This document shows, piece by piece, positions 37,885-49,726 of a stretch of DNA of 64,000 bases. Made by a program: the position numbers and the translations under genes. The DNA comes from Mobula hypostoma (lineage: Eukaryota). How positions within the stretch are numbered: the stretch's first letter is position 1; every line of letters begins with the position of its first letter. Under the pieces are notes generated by a model that was not told the origin of the DNA, ran no database searches, and saw only the letters and a list, made by a program, of their open reading frames with translations. The stretch lies in assembly GCF_963921235.1 (NCBI RefSeq), contig NC_086106.1:24428001-24492000 (forward strand). Reading direction: 5' to 3'.

Positions 37885-38503
37885 GGATAGTCAGCATGGC
37901 TTTTGTGTGAGGTAGATCGTGTTTAACGAATCTTCTAGAGTTTTTTTTTGAGGAGGTTGCCGAGAAAGTAGACAAAGGAAATGTTGTGGTTGCTGTCTAC
38001 AGGACTTTAGGAAGGTCTTTGAAAAGGTCCCACATAGTAGGTTATTTCAGAAGTTTCAGACAAGAGATATCCATGGAGCGGTGGTAATCTGGAATCGAAA
38101 TTTTCTGCGTGGGAGGAGCTAGAGACTGGTAGTGGATGATTGCTTAAAATTATGCGGGGTATAGACAAAACAAATGTGAATACGTTCTTTTCACTTAGAT
38201 TTCCAGAGATAAATACGAGAGGACATGACTGTAGGGCGAAAAGAGAAAGTTTTAGGGGGAAATTCTTCACTCAAAGAGTGGTGGGAGTCTGGAACGAGCT
38301 GTCATCTTATGTGATAAATGCGGGCTCACTATTAACTTTTAAGAATAAATGGCATAGGTACATCGATGGCAGAAGCCCGCAGGGTAATGTACTGGATGCA
38401 GGTCAATGGGACTAGGAGAATAATGTTTCGGCCCAGACTAGAATGCCCTAATGAGCCGTTTTCTGTGTTATAGTGCTCTATGTTTCTATGGTTCTATGGT
38501 ATG
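37885..38503 (+). mobile_element. CR1 fragments with 3' tail
   Basis: NTRGH...FFTQRVVGVWNEL; tail TCTATG repeats at ~38475-38503. Confidence 0.75.
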
Positions 38504-38745
38504 GTTTGAAGTCCTCAAACCATAGACTTTAGAACGAAAAAAAAACGACCCAGTAGGTGGTTACTGGGTCTCACTCTTGCTGCTGTATTATTCTGACAAT
38601 GGTCGTAACTTCCAATAGATCGGTCTCACCAGCCCGGACCTCTGGTGCATGGGTTCTGCGAAGACGATGAGGTCTAGTGATAATACTGCCTGCAGAGGGC
38701 ACACATCTTCGAATTCTTCAAACCTGGGAGCACGCAAATGGAAGG

Positions 38746-39123
38746 TTAAAGAGAGTTCAACATATGTAACACCCTAGAGAAGGTTTCACTGTTAAGGTAA
38801 TTCTTTCTGTCGAATTCCTGATAATGTAATGGTTTTCCTGTAGCATTAATGTTTGCGTTATGTATAGAGATAATGGGGGCTTTAGAATCTGCGCTGTCCA
38901 AGGAAGGAAGTGCTATTTCTCGTTGTGTGCCTGCAACCGAGGTGATCTGGTCTTTTGTTCGGCAGAAGATGGCGAGAGATGATGCCAGAACGCAGAGGTC
39001 AGAGACAACAGAAAAGTGTGTATCTGGATTCTGGTCTGATGTCGGCAAAGCCCGGGCAAAGCAAAGGACGACCAGCAGAAGGAAAACTTTGTGCTCCAGG
39101 TTGTGCACATTAAACTGTTTCAT
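38746..39123 (-). CDS. Unknown 125-aa ORF with signal-peptide-like N-terminus (candidate secreted protein)
   Basis: MKQFNVHNLEHK-VFLLLVVLCF-ARA|LP; non-repetitive, no TE motifs recognised. Confidence 0.35.
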   Translation of the reverse strand: MKQFNVHNLEHKVFLLLVVLCFARALPTSDQNPDTHFSVVSDLCVLASSLAIFCRTKDQITSVAGTQREIALPSLDSADSKAPIISIHNANINATGKPLHYQEFDRKNYLNSETFSRVLHMLNSL

Positions 39124-40183
39124 TAAAATAGGCTCTTCTCTTTTTTTCCTTTACTATGCTAACCATTGAGTCAAATTAAGAATTATGAAGCTAAATCGTT
39201 TCATTACATATGGTATACTGTCTGTTATATCGTGTTACTGGTTTGTAACAGGGCAACTCGTTACGCACCATCCACACAAACAAAAGGATTTGCACCTCAG
39301 TCTCATATGTTTGGTGGGGCCAGAGATTGACTTCCCTAGAATTTTGCAGCCCACAGAACCGGAGGGTTACAACTATAAGAGACTACCGTACCTGCAACGA
39401 ATTTAGATGCTTTGCCAGATTTCTATGTCCGAGGAAAGCACAAATTGATACATGTTCCCAGGCAACCAAACTCTCCACTCCATCAGAGCTGATTTGAACG
39501 CCTACAGCTCTGTATTCCGTCTGTCAAATGTCTTTCCACAGGGAAGAGTCGCCGGGAAGCAAAAGCACAGGAATGGAGTTCGAAAGACGTTGGAATAACA
39601 GCCTGATCCCTAGTATCTGAAGTGTTCACTTCAACAGTAACAGGAAACTAACGGTCAGAAAAGAAAAAAAAATAAATAAATAAACGGGAACTGCGGCTAC
39701 ATAAATCCAAAGAAAATAGTCGGAGATTCATTTAAACACTGCAGCAAATAGTGCTACGATGTGTTTGAAGTTGCGGATGAGCCTTTGAAGAATATTGGGA
39801 ACCCAAGAAACCTCCAGAACTGATTGATCTTGGTGGCTTATGCCAAGCCCGAAGACCTGCATCTATTTAGGTCCTATGCCATGTACTTCTTTGAGATAAT
39901 TACTCCTACAGTGAACGTCTGTAGAGGCCTTGAAATTCATTTTTTTTTCTCTCTAAATTGAAGAATAGTCGTTTTTGGAGTAAATTGTGAAGAACCCTTC
40001 CAAAATTTGAACGTGTTTATGGTAGGTCTAACAGACAATGAGCGCATCAATGGCGGGTTTCCCGGGAACAAAGGAAATTTAGCAAAACCAATAAGGTGAC
40101 AATGAACGCTCCAGGAATTCGGTCCGATATATGCAGACAGAATCATATTCAGGTTCATTATCAACACCATATTAGTCTTTTAC

Positions 40184-40223
<40 letters not shown>
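40184..40223. repeat. (TTG)n microsatellite
   Basis: Direct inspection. Confidence 0.95.
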
Positions 40224-40225
<2 letters not shown>

Positions 40226-40473
40226 GCGATACCATTTCAACCGCTGATATAAAACCTATAACAAGACGTGCATCTGAATAACTAAGTAAGTAACGCACAC
40301 AGAGAGGGGGAAGTAGCGAACACGTGTTCAATGGTTCATTGTTGATTCAGCAATCTGATGCTGAAGAGGAATAAGTTGTTCATCAAACGCTGGATATGTC
40401 TTCAAGGTCCGGTATCACCTACTTTATGAAAGCACTGAATATAAGGCATGCCCAGTGTGACAGATTATATTAA

Positions 40474-40562
40474 ATTAGATTAGATTAGATTAGATTAGAC
40501 TAGTCTAGATTAGAATAGATTAGATTAGATTAGACTAGACTAGATTAGAATAGATTAGATTA
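40474..40562. repeat. (TTAGA)n pentamer repeat
   Basis: Direct inspection; imperfect. Confidence 0.9.
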
Positions 40563-41599
40563 TGGGGGACACGCAGATCTCTTTTATTGTCATTTAGTAA
40601 TGCATGCATTAAGAAATGATACAATGTTTTTTCCAGAATGATGTCACAGGATACACACGACAAACAAAGACTGAAAAACTGTCAAAAAACGCATCATTAT
40701 AACATATAGTTGCAGCAGTGCAAAACAATATCGTAATTTGATGAGAACAGACCATGTTAAAATCTCAAAGTCCCTCAAAAGTCCCATTATCTCACGCAGA
40801 CGGTAAACCTCCAGCGCCGCAAACTTGCCTAGGCAGCATCCCGGAAGCATCCGACCACAGTCCGACTCCGAGTCCGTCCAAAAACTCCGAGCCTCCGACC
40901 AGCTCTCGGAAACCGATGAAATGAGCACCATCTCTGCCGAGAGCTCCGATCCCGGCCCCGACAACCGGCAATAGGCAAGGCCGAGGATTTGGGGCGTTCC
41001 CTCCGGAGATTTTCGATCGCACAGTAGCAGCGGCAGCGAAGCAGGCATTTCAGAAGTTTCTCCAGATGTTCCTCTGTGCTTCTTCGCGATTGTCTCTTTC
41101 AAATCAGAATTGTGCACGGCATTCTACTTCACAAATAGGATATCATTCGGAAAGGCCGGACGCGCTGCGTCGCGTCGCCATCTTCTCCACCCTCTTAAAG
41201 ATCTCTTATCGCTTAAGAGATATTTTATCTTTTAAAGATATGAGTCTTTAATTATTAATGCCGCCATTTTGAATGTCTTGGATGCTGGACGCTATCGCCC
41301 ATGAGGAAGAAAACTGAGTTTACAACATTCTGCACCTTTCTATCCCATCTTTTGCAGCCCCCCTCCTCCCCCTCAAGACCAGACTGTGATGCGAGCAGTT
41401 AGAATGTCCCGCAATTACATCCTTACAGACAGGAACAGTGAGGAGGTAGATCATCCAGAACTAAAGGATATAGAGACCTTGTCAGTGACCGCTTGCAGTA
41501 ATCGGGATTGAGGAAGTCCGAGATGCCTTGCTAATACGAAATTGCTTGCTGCATTCTCATCCACGATGGCTGCAACGCATAAGGAGTAGACAACGCGAT

Positions 41600-43960
41600 C
41601 CCATAAGGCCATAACACATAAGAGCATAATTAGGCCATTCAGCCTCTCCAGTCTGCTTCACTATTAAATCATGGCTGATCCGGGTTGATACTGAAACTTT
41701 GCGCCAAATCTTTTCATGCCCTGACCGTTCAGTAAACCATCAACTTCCGCCTTACATCTAGCAACAGACGGTCACTACCGCAGTCTATGGTAGAACATTC
41801 CGCAAATTCACTACATTGTCACTCATAAAGCTCCTGCTTAACTATGCTCTAAATATATGCTCCTTAACCTTAAGGGACTGCCATCTAATTGTTGGTACCT
41901 ACACTAGAGGAAGCATCTTCTCCACATTCTCTCTGTCCTATCATTTCTGTAGTTTGCAATGAGATCCCCCAGCATTCTTCAAAATTCCACTGAATACTGT
42001 GCCAGATCCGCCATATGTTCCACATATGTTAATGCCTTCACTTCGGGAATCATTCTCGTGAATCTCCCCTGGGCTCTGTCTCCAATGACAACACATTCTT
42101 TCTGAAATATGTGGCACAATCCCTTTGACAGATTCCAAGTCCTCACTGAAAAAATTCTTATCAGGGTTCAGTGTTATCTCCTTGCTTTTATATTCTTCCC
42201 TTGCAAGAAATGTCATAATTGTATTTGACTCCTTCAGCACAAATTTAACCTTTAAATGAACCTTCTTTTGGTCTTGAACGGAGACTCTTAAGTCCCCCTG
42301 CAACTTCGATGTTTTTACCGTCTCCCCATTTAGATAATAGTCCGCACTATCGTTCTTTTTACCAAAATGCATAGTTATATGCTTCCGAAAACCCTTTGCC
42401 ACTTTTCGTCCGTTCTTCCAAATTGTCTAATTTCTGCTGCTAACGTTTTGCGTCCTCAGCACTACCTACTATCCATTTTCGTTTCATCCCAAACTTTGCA
42501 CAAAGCTATCAGTTCCATTTTCGATGAAATTGAGCAATAAAGTGAATAGGAGCTGTCCAAATAAACGATCCCTGAGAAACCGCACAAGTCATCGGCATCC
42601 AACCAGAAAATCTCCTTTATCCCATATGCTAACATCTGCCTTTTAGCCATTCCTATATCCGTGCTAAATCTTTCCTGTAAGGTCAAAGGACTTCATCTTG
42701 TTACGAAATATCATGTGTAGCAACTTATGAAAAGGCTTATGTAAATCCAAGTAAATGACATCCACAACCTCCACTTTGTCCAGCCTGCTTATTGCTGCTC
42801 GAAAAACTCTAACAGGTTAGCCTGACAATATTTCCCTTCACAGAAACCTTTAACGACTTTGATAATTTTATCATAGGTTTCAAGATCCCCTAAATCTCAT
42901 CCTTCATGATTGACTGCGACACATTCCAAACCTCTGACGTTAGCCTAAATGGCCTTTAGTCTCATTTATTTTGCCTTCCTCCCTTCTTGAAATTGGAGTG
43001 ACAGTTCCAATAATTTTAGGCCTCCGAGACAATGCCGGAGTCAAGTGGTTCTTGAAAGATCATAAACATTTTATCCGAAATCTATCCGCAAGATCTTTCA
43101 GAACTCTGGGATGTAGTCCGGCTCTGTGAGTGCCATTGCTATTACAAAGGGAGAACAAGTTCAAGGCACTCTCAAAGGTATTAAGGTCGAACGTCACTCT
43201 TCTAGGTGATTTATCCACCTTAATACCTTCAATAGTGCCTCGAACATTTTTTCCCCTTTGTTATTGCACTGGCACTTCCGCCTGCTCCCTGACGCTCACG
43301 GACATCTGGCACACTGCGAATGTCTTACAGTGAAGATAGAGGGGAAAAAAATAAGTTTATCTGCCATTCGTTTGCCTTCCATGTCTACCTCACAAGCGTC
43401 ATTTTCAATATCAACTATCATCTCCCTCCTTTAAATTATTGGTTAGTCTGCACAGATATTTCATCTTTTTCTGATTGATTTTAGGTTACCATTTGTTGCA
43501 TTTTACCAGGATCCCAATCATCTAACTACTTGCCCACGATTTGTACCTTATATGGCAGTTCTCGGCTTTGTATGCTGTCATTAACTTGTTTTGTTAGCCG
43601 CAACTGCCTACATCTAGCATTTGAGATTTTTTTTTCTTCTGTTAGACATACCTATCTCGAGTCTTGTGAACTATTTACAAAAACGTCATTTGTCATGTCC
43701 GCCGGGGTCCTTTCTGCAATCCACCTGTACAAGCTCCTTTCTCATGTCTCTGTAATTCCCATTATTCCATTGCGGTTTGACATTTTGACGGAGGATTCTT
43801 CCTCTCAGATTACATTATGGATTCAATTATATTATGATCACAGACTCCTAAGCGTTCTTTTACTTTACGATCCCTAATAAGATCTGGATTATGGAAAGAT
43901 ACCCTATCTAAGATAGCTTTTCCTCGAGTAGGTTCAAGCAGAAGGTACTTAGCGGTTGTA
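41600..43960 (-). mobile_element. Degenerate CR1 LINE
   Basis: HFGKKN...YYLNGE, LQGDL, EEYKSKE, DADDLCG, VCDHNII fragments. Confidence 0.75.
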
Positions 43961-45704
43961 GTAGACCTAGGAGAAATGGTGAAACATCTCAAAGAACACC
44001 CTTATCTAGCTCAGTTTTGATGTTTCCAAATAACCCAAGACAGCAAGAACAGAAATGTCTCATTTAATTTAAGCCGGGGGTGTGCATGACCGTACAGTGT
44101 CAAATGAGGCTGTAGGGACTCAGAGGCTTTAAACCCTATTGGATTAACTGCGTCGCTCTCTTGTCTTATCCTGGAGACGATGTTTAACCTGGACATGACT
44201 TTCGATAAGGGTTTGCAGATCATCTGCGAGCTCTTTCCGGGCAATTGATCTTTAATGTCAGTTGATATCATCCGGATGGATATGGCTTAAGGGCTTCCGC
44301 GTTCCAACCACGTTTACCCGCAGGGATGAGAATTATATTGCGATCAGTACTCGAACCACGAGACGTTAGAAGAGTCTGTAGGCTGTCACTAGTCCGCGGA
44401 ACGGGTGGTCCAACACCCTTTTCATTTGCATGGGTAAGGATGACACGTTTTGCACACGTTGGAGAGTTTGCATCCAAGAGTGCCATAAGAGAGCGAGAGA
44501 TTTATCACAGTTGTGAGACATGAGATGGAACACTTTGCAGAGGTTGAAGGACAGCGTGATTAGTTTCAGTTGTAAATCCAGTAAACACTGGATAAAAATT
44601 GGTCTACATGACCCCGGGTTGAATTAATTCTTTCGAGCGTCGTCAGGTTCGGGCACTTATGGTAAGCATAGAGAACTGATTCAAAGCAAGGGGGCAGCAT
44701 ATGCAGAGGGCTACTCGCCGTAACTTCGTGGTTGGCCTATACTGCTTGATAATACTCAAACTCTGCTGGGTCCATGAATGTGACAGTCTGGCTGTAACGA
44801 ATGTGTCCACATTGCTAGATTGAGCCGGGGTTCGTATGGTGAAGTTTAAGATTTAAACAGTGGCCCACCAGAGGAGGTTTGGCCTAGGTAGATCCAAGTG
44901 CAGTGGAAACCATATTTGAGGTTCGAGTTGAAGAAACAACGTTCACTTTTGCACTAGTACATAGAGGCCACTGGCTAGTACTCGAGCGTCAGGGAGGACT
45001 GAATAGGTCCAAGCATGCCAAACAGTGAGCAAATCAGAACAAACCAAAGGGAATTTCAATTTTCGAAAAAAAACTTGGCACAGGTGCACATCTAACTGAA
45101 ACCACCAAAAGTGTAAATAATCACCTAATAATCAGAGGAAGAGGAGTGTCGGCGCCTTAATAACGCTGGCTCCTCAGATATTCAGAATGATGCATATTTC
45201 TACCTTTCACTTCAAACTCGCTGTTACCTCCACAAGAGGATCCATAAAAACGGACAAAGGCGATTTCCAATGAGGTAGTCCTGAAGAAAACAATATTTGA
45301 TTTTCCAGGAACTAAATTGTAAAGAAGTAATTTTTCACCGAGGCAACCTGCTCATATTCTATACCTTCACAGTATGGCCCGGGTCAATTTTACCCGGCCC
45401 AAGAATCCCCTCATAATAAGTGTCTATACTCTTCCTAACTACTCTTCCTAAATTGTCATAGACGATTTCCAGCAATGTTTTCTGCCGAGATAGCATTGTA
45501 TGTACAACAACAACTACAGCTGTCCATAAATGCTGTTTGAACCTCCTGTTGGTATCTGGAGACTGAATTCAAATGCAATTTCTTATGCTGAGCATTGCGA
45601 TGTTAAGGCACAACCATTAAACACGTTGTTTTGCAGCCCAGCATCCAGTATTGTTGCTGCACTGAGCGTGTCCTATAATGACCGCTGCTTACATCACCTC
45701 GGCA

Positions 45705-45965
45705 TGTTTTTGCCCCGATTCTCTATCTCCATGCAAATATCCTGGCTCTATGGCACAATGATACAGAGCCGAATCCGATTGAAAAGTTCGCAGAAACATT
45801 TAAAGAGAACTAACTTCCTGTCTTGCTGCAAAGGAATATCAAATTAAATATTAAATCTGGGTACAATATGGAGACTAGTACAGCCTTGTGTAATACACAT
45901 TAAACAAGTATTTTGCACTTTGCTCACGATGCTAAATATAGAAAACAAAATACCTTCTGTACATC
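45705..45965 (-). pseudogene. TCR alpha/delta-type V pseudogene (3' part)
   Basis: FYI*HREQSAKYL ... SDSALYHCAIE, then AGGATAT-23 (TTGCATGGAGATAGAGAATCGGG)-GCAAAAACA. Confidence 0.78.
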
Positions 45966-46556
45966 GAATAATAGCGCATGTATGCATGTGTGTTTCTGTG
46001 TGTCCCTGTGTTTTTGTCTGCGTTCTTATCTGTCCCCTTATGCTTGCGATATCCGCAATGTTGTCAATCACTATATCGTTTTAGATGGCAGGGAAAAGGA
46101 GATATTTAGTCTCGGAAATGTTTGCGTGTGAAGATTCTGTTTTTACATATAAACATGCCTCAAAATTGTTTTCAAGTGCTGGTAGTACTGTTTAAAACTA
46201 ACACATTGGGCACCTTTTAGGATGTGCGTCACTGTGCTTAATATACGTCATCTCGTGCACGCTAAATACAATAATAAAGGGAGGAACAAAGGCAACAGCT
46301 GACATTTGGTCTCACCCAAACCCCAAAGGCAGGAAATATTGCAAAGTGAATGAGCACTCTATTTCCCTCATATCCTATATATGACTACCGAGATACTGCT
46401 TTCCTACCCGCCAAAAACTGTAGGATACAGGGTGTTACTGGATTTCAAACGGTTTATCGGTCGAACCAAGCGACCATCACCGTCTCTTGTGCGTCTGCCT
46501 TCTGTCTCCCCATTAAGTACGCCCTCTATTGAGTATTCTGAACATCACTCTAGCGG

Positions 46557-46595
46557 GGTTTTTGTTCGGATCCGTCATCTCCATGCAACAGTGTG
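46557..46595 (-). other. 23-RSS
   Basis: CACACTG + TTGCATGGAGATGACGGATCCGA + consensus ACAAAAACC. Confidence 0.95.
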
Positions 46596-47030
46596 GGGTC
46601 CATGGCGCAGAGGTACACCGCGGAGTCCGAAACAAGACTTCCAGATAAAATTAACTGAGCCACCTGTTTGTCTTTCTGTAAAGTACCGGTAATACGAAAC
46701 GGAGTTTCTTGCGACCGATCCATTTTTGTGTTAATTAGCTTCAGCAAGAATTTTAAACCTCCATGTTGACGCTGAATGTACCAAAAAATATAACTATTGG
46801 CTTTTGAGTAATTACAGTTCAGTAATACTGTCTTTCCTTCTGCAACCGTGAATTCAGGAGGCTCCTGTGTAACTGAATCTTTTGCCATAGTTCCTGCAAT
46901 AAAAAAAAAATGAATATACCTTTGTTGAACTTAAACTCAAATAACACGCTGAATGATTACGCAGAAACTCACCTGGCAACATGGTCAAACTAAACAGAAG
47001 GGAACAGGTAACATATATGATGTGCATCAT
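46596..47030 (-). CDS. Intact TCR alpha/delta-type V segment (TRAV-like)
   Basis: Leader 47030-46973 MMHIIYVTCSLLFSLTMLP-G with GT/AG intron. V exon 46893-46596 DSVTQEPPEFTVAEGKTVLLNCNYSKANSYIFWYIQ...SDSAVYLCAMD; canonical C, W and C present, no stops. Confidence 0.95.
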
Positions 47031-47034
47031 CAAA

Positions 47035-47148
47035 CTGAATTACATTCAATCAAGCAGTTCGCCTTCAATATGCTGGCAACACTTGAGCGACATTGAAGTG
47101 TCGATCCAATACTTATGCCTTCCGCTCTGTTGAAGAGTTGAGGGCGTT
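47035..47148 (-). promoter_or_regulatory. Conserved V-promoter block
   Basis: Homologous to 47946-48056 and 56978-57091, directly upstream of three leader exons; includes CGGAAG (ETS-like core) and GGGCG. Confidence 0.5.
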
Positions 47149-47226
47149 ACCTTGCTTACACCAATCGGAATGGGTTTCGAACTCACACGTATATATTTCT
47201 TTCTCAATCTCTTCTGTTCCATTCTG

Positions 47227-47227
<1 letters not shown>

Positions 47228-47272
<45 letters not shown>
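47228..47272. repeat. (CT)n microsatellite
   Basis: Direct inspection. Confidence 0.95.
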
Positions 47273-47275
<3 letters not shown>

Positions 47276-47474
47276 CAATCTAATTCGTTCGTTTTCTATT
47301 GATGACTACGTAGATACGGCGGTCGGACGCGGCATAAGCACCAGGGCACATGGTTATTACTGACTTTCTTACGTTTTATCGGACCAAGCGATCATCGCTG
47401 TTTCTTGTGCTCGGGCATTCTGTTTTCACGCTAAATACCGCGTCTGTTCAGTATTGACAACATCACTTAGGCGA

Positions 47475-47929
47475 GGTTTCTGACCGGACCCGTCATCTCC
47501 GTGAGCTTCATGGCACAGAGATACATGGCGGAATCCGAAGCAAGAACTCCCGAGATATTTAAATGAGCGACCTGGCTGTCTTTCCGTAAGAAACCAGAAA
47601 ACCGAAACGGAGTTTCTGACGACCGATCCATCCTCGTGTTAATTAGCTTCAGCAAGAATTGTGGACTTCCATGTTGACGCTGAATGTACCAATAAATGTA
47701 ACTATTAGCTATTGAGTAACTACAGTTCGGCATTACGGTCTGTCCTTCTTCAGTCGTTAATTCAGGAGGATCCTGTGAAACTGAATCCTCTGCAATCGTT
47801 CCTGAAATACATAAAAATATGTAAACAGACCGTTGTTGAATTCAACTCAATTCAACCCACTGAGAGGTTTCGTAGAAACTCACCTGGTAGCAAGGCCAGT
47901 AGGATCAGAGGGAACCAGACAGCACACAT
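47475..47929 (-). pseudogene. V segment with open leader and V exon but broken RSS
   Basis: Leader 47929-47884 MCAVWFPLILLALLP-G. V exon from 47801 DSVSQDPPELTTEEGQTVMPNCSYSIANSYIYWYIQ...SDSAMYLCAMK is open. RSS reads CAC+GGAGATGACGGGTCCGG+TCAGAAACC, 10 nt short. Confidence 0.92.
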
Positions 47930-49444
47930 GGTGTCTATTATCTGGCTGAATTATATTCCATCATGCAGTTCACCTTCAGTAAGTTGTTAACACTTTATAT
48001 ATTGAGTGGGGTGCAATGTGCCTCGCCTTCCGGTTTGTGAAACAGATGAGGGCGTTTCAGTGTCTGCAGCATTCAGAATAAGTTTCGTTCAGTTTAATAA
48101 ATATTTATTTTTAGGTCTCCTTCTATTCTTCTATTCCATTTTCCTGTCGATCTGTCGATCTCTCTCTCTCTCTCTCTCCCCACGAGTTCCTTCAATGTGA
48201 AAATTTGTCATTCATGAAATAAATGAATGAAGATGCTATTTCCGAGATCTGCTTCAATCAAAATTCGGCTCAATGGGAAACAAAATGGAACAGATGCTTG
48301 CTTAATTTCTTTCCTGCTTCTTTACCCCGTCTCTCTCCTTTCTCTCTCTCCATTCTTGTATTTCACAAATGCCTTCCGACACCCATTCACTTTTATCACA
48401 AAGGTCAAATTGCATTTATTATCAAAACATGCATACTAGAGACGAACTTAATCTTCGTTTCCTCACATAACCAAAATCATAGGAACACGATAGCATACAT
48501 TGAAAAAAGGCTGTCATTACTGCAGCCGAATCAAGAACTCATTAGTTTCAAGCCACAGCCTCAATTCATCGCAGGGGCGAGAAAACCTCGCTGAGAATCG
48601 GACTAATAGCTGAGCCGACCCTTACATCCGGCGTCGAGACCGTGATCTTACTAACCAGACACGGAGCTTAAGTCTTCCCAGTATCTCGTCGTTTTTCGCT
48701 CTCGAAGCCGAGCCCTGACGCTTCGATGATCTTTCGGTTTTGTGTTCCGGTTTCACGATTCTGCGCTTTCACGCTGCGCAGCAACCGCCCTGCCCGTTCG
48801 AGACCAGTTCACCCGGCAATCGTGCCGGATTTTAGAGTGATTGTAAAGCTCAGCTCGAAAAGGAGGTTACATGTTACTGATTACAGTGTTTGTATCCTAC
48901 AAAACGTGTGATTAACACAGTAATTTATATTTTTGGTGTTTTGACTGCTAACAAGAGTAGCGGAAGTTCACCTGCGCTAGCACGATTCGGAAGTCCGTTC
49001 GATATCACCAATATATCGTCCTCATAACCTTCGAAACTGATGAACACTATATTGTTCACAGTGATATTACACACGGTCTGCTAATTTATATCTTCAGAGC
49101 GGCTTATTTGAGATAACGTCATTGAAATTTGCCATACCTGTCATGCTATCTATTACTATTACGGAAGTCAGTCCAATATGAAAGTTAAAATACATCATTC
49201 ACTTGGTCATCCCTTGCAGATTTGTGTCGGTGAACCAATAATCTATTCGTGCCAATTTATTAAATGTAGTTACAAATGCAGATACGATTCGAACTAAAGA
49301 CAACTTCCACATGCTTCTCCATGTATCGTTCCACAGATTCTGAGCTTGAACTGTATTCCGTGATTATCGCTGTTTCCCATGTGTTTATTTTATTGTATTC
49401 GTATGGGAACTCTCTACCTGGCAATCATTAGGACACCGATAGTG

Positions 49445-49726
49445 GGTTGTCGTCGGGATCTGCAATTTCCTTGCAACAGTTAGGGTTTCATGCTTCAGAG
49501 GTACACGGTAAAGTCAGGGGAAAAATAGAAGTTGACATGTTTAAATGAGATGTGTAGTCTTTTTTTTTCTCTTAATTGAGCCGTATACCTCCAATGACAT
49601 ATTAAAGTCGGCTTCATCATTCTGGAGAAATTTCTTCAACAAATAGAGATTTCTCCTGGTGCTGAACATACCAATCACAGATACAGCATAATGATGATCT
49701 GCCATCCATTAATAATTAATTCTATA
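49445..49726 (-). pseudogene. V pseudogene (3' part), interrupted by Penelope element
   Basis: DWYVQHQEKS...YLLKKF...DFTVYL*SMK, then CTAACTG-23-ACGACAACC. A possible 5' remainder lies beyond 52408. Confidence 0.75.

Noticed and set aside
38690-38765. LSLTFHL / LSLDL resembling the CRH/urocortin core
   Set aside because: No preceding dibasic site, no downstream CRH-like helix or amidation signal.
45070-45115. KKLGTGAHLTET resembles a TCR J motif (FGxGTxLTV)
   Set aside because: No 12-RSS upstream, F and V missing, no good splice donor.
49035-49085. Plus-strand CACAGTG at ~49057
   Set aside because: No nonamer at 12 or 23 nt and no convincing V framework upstream.
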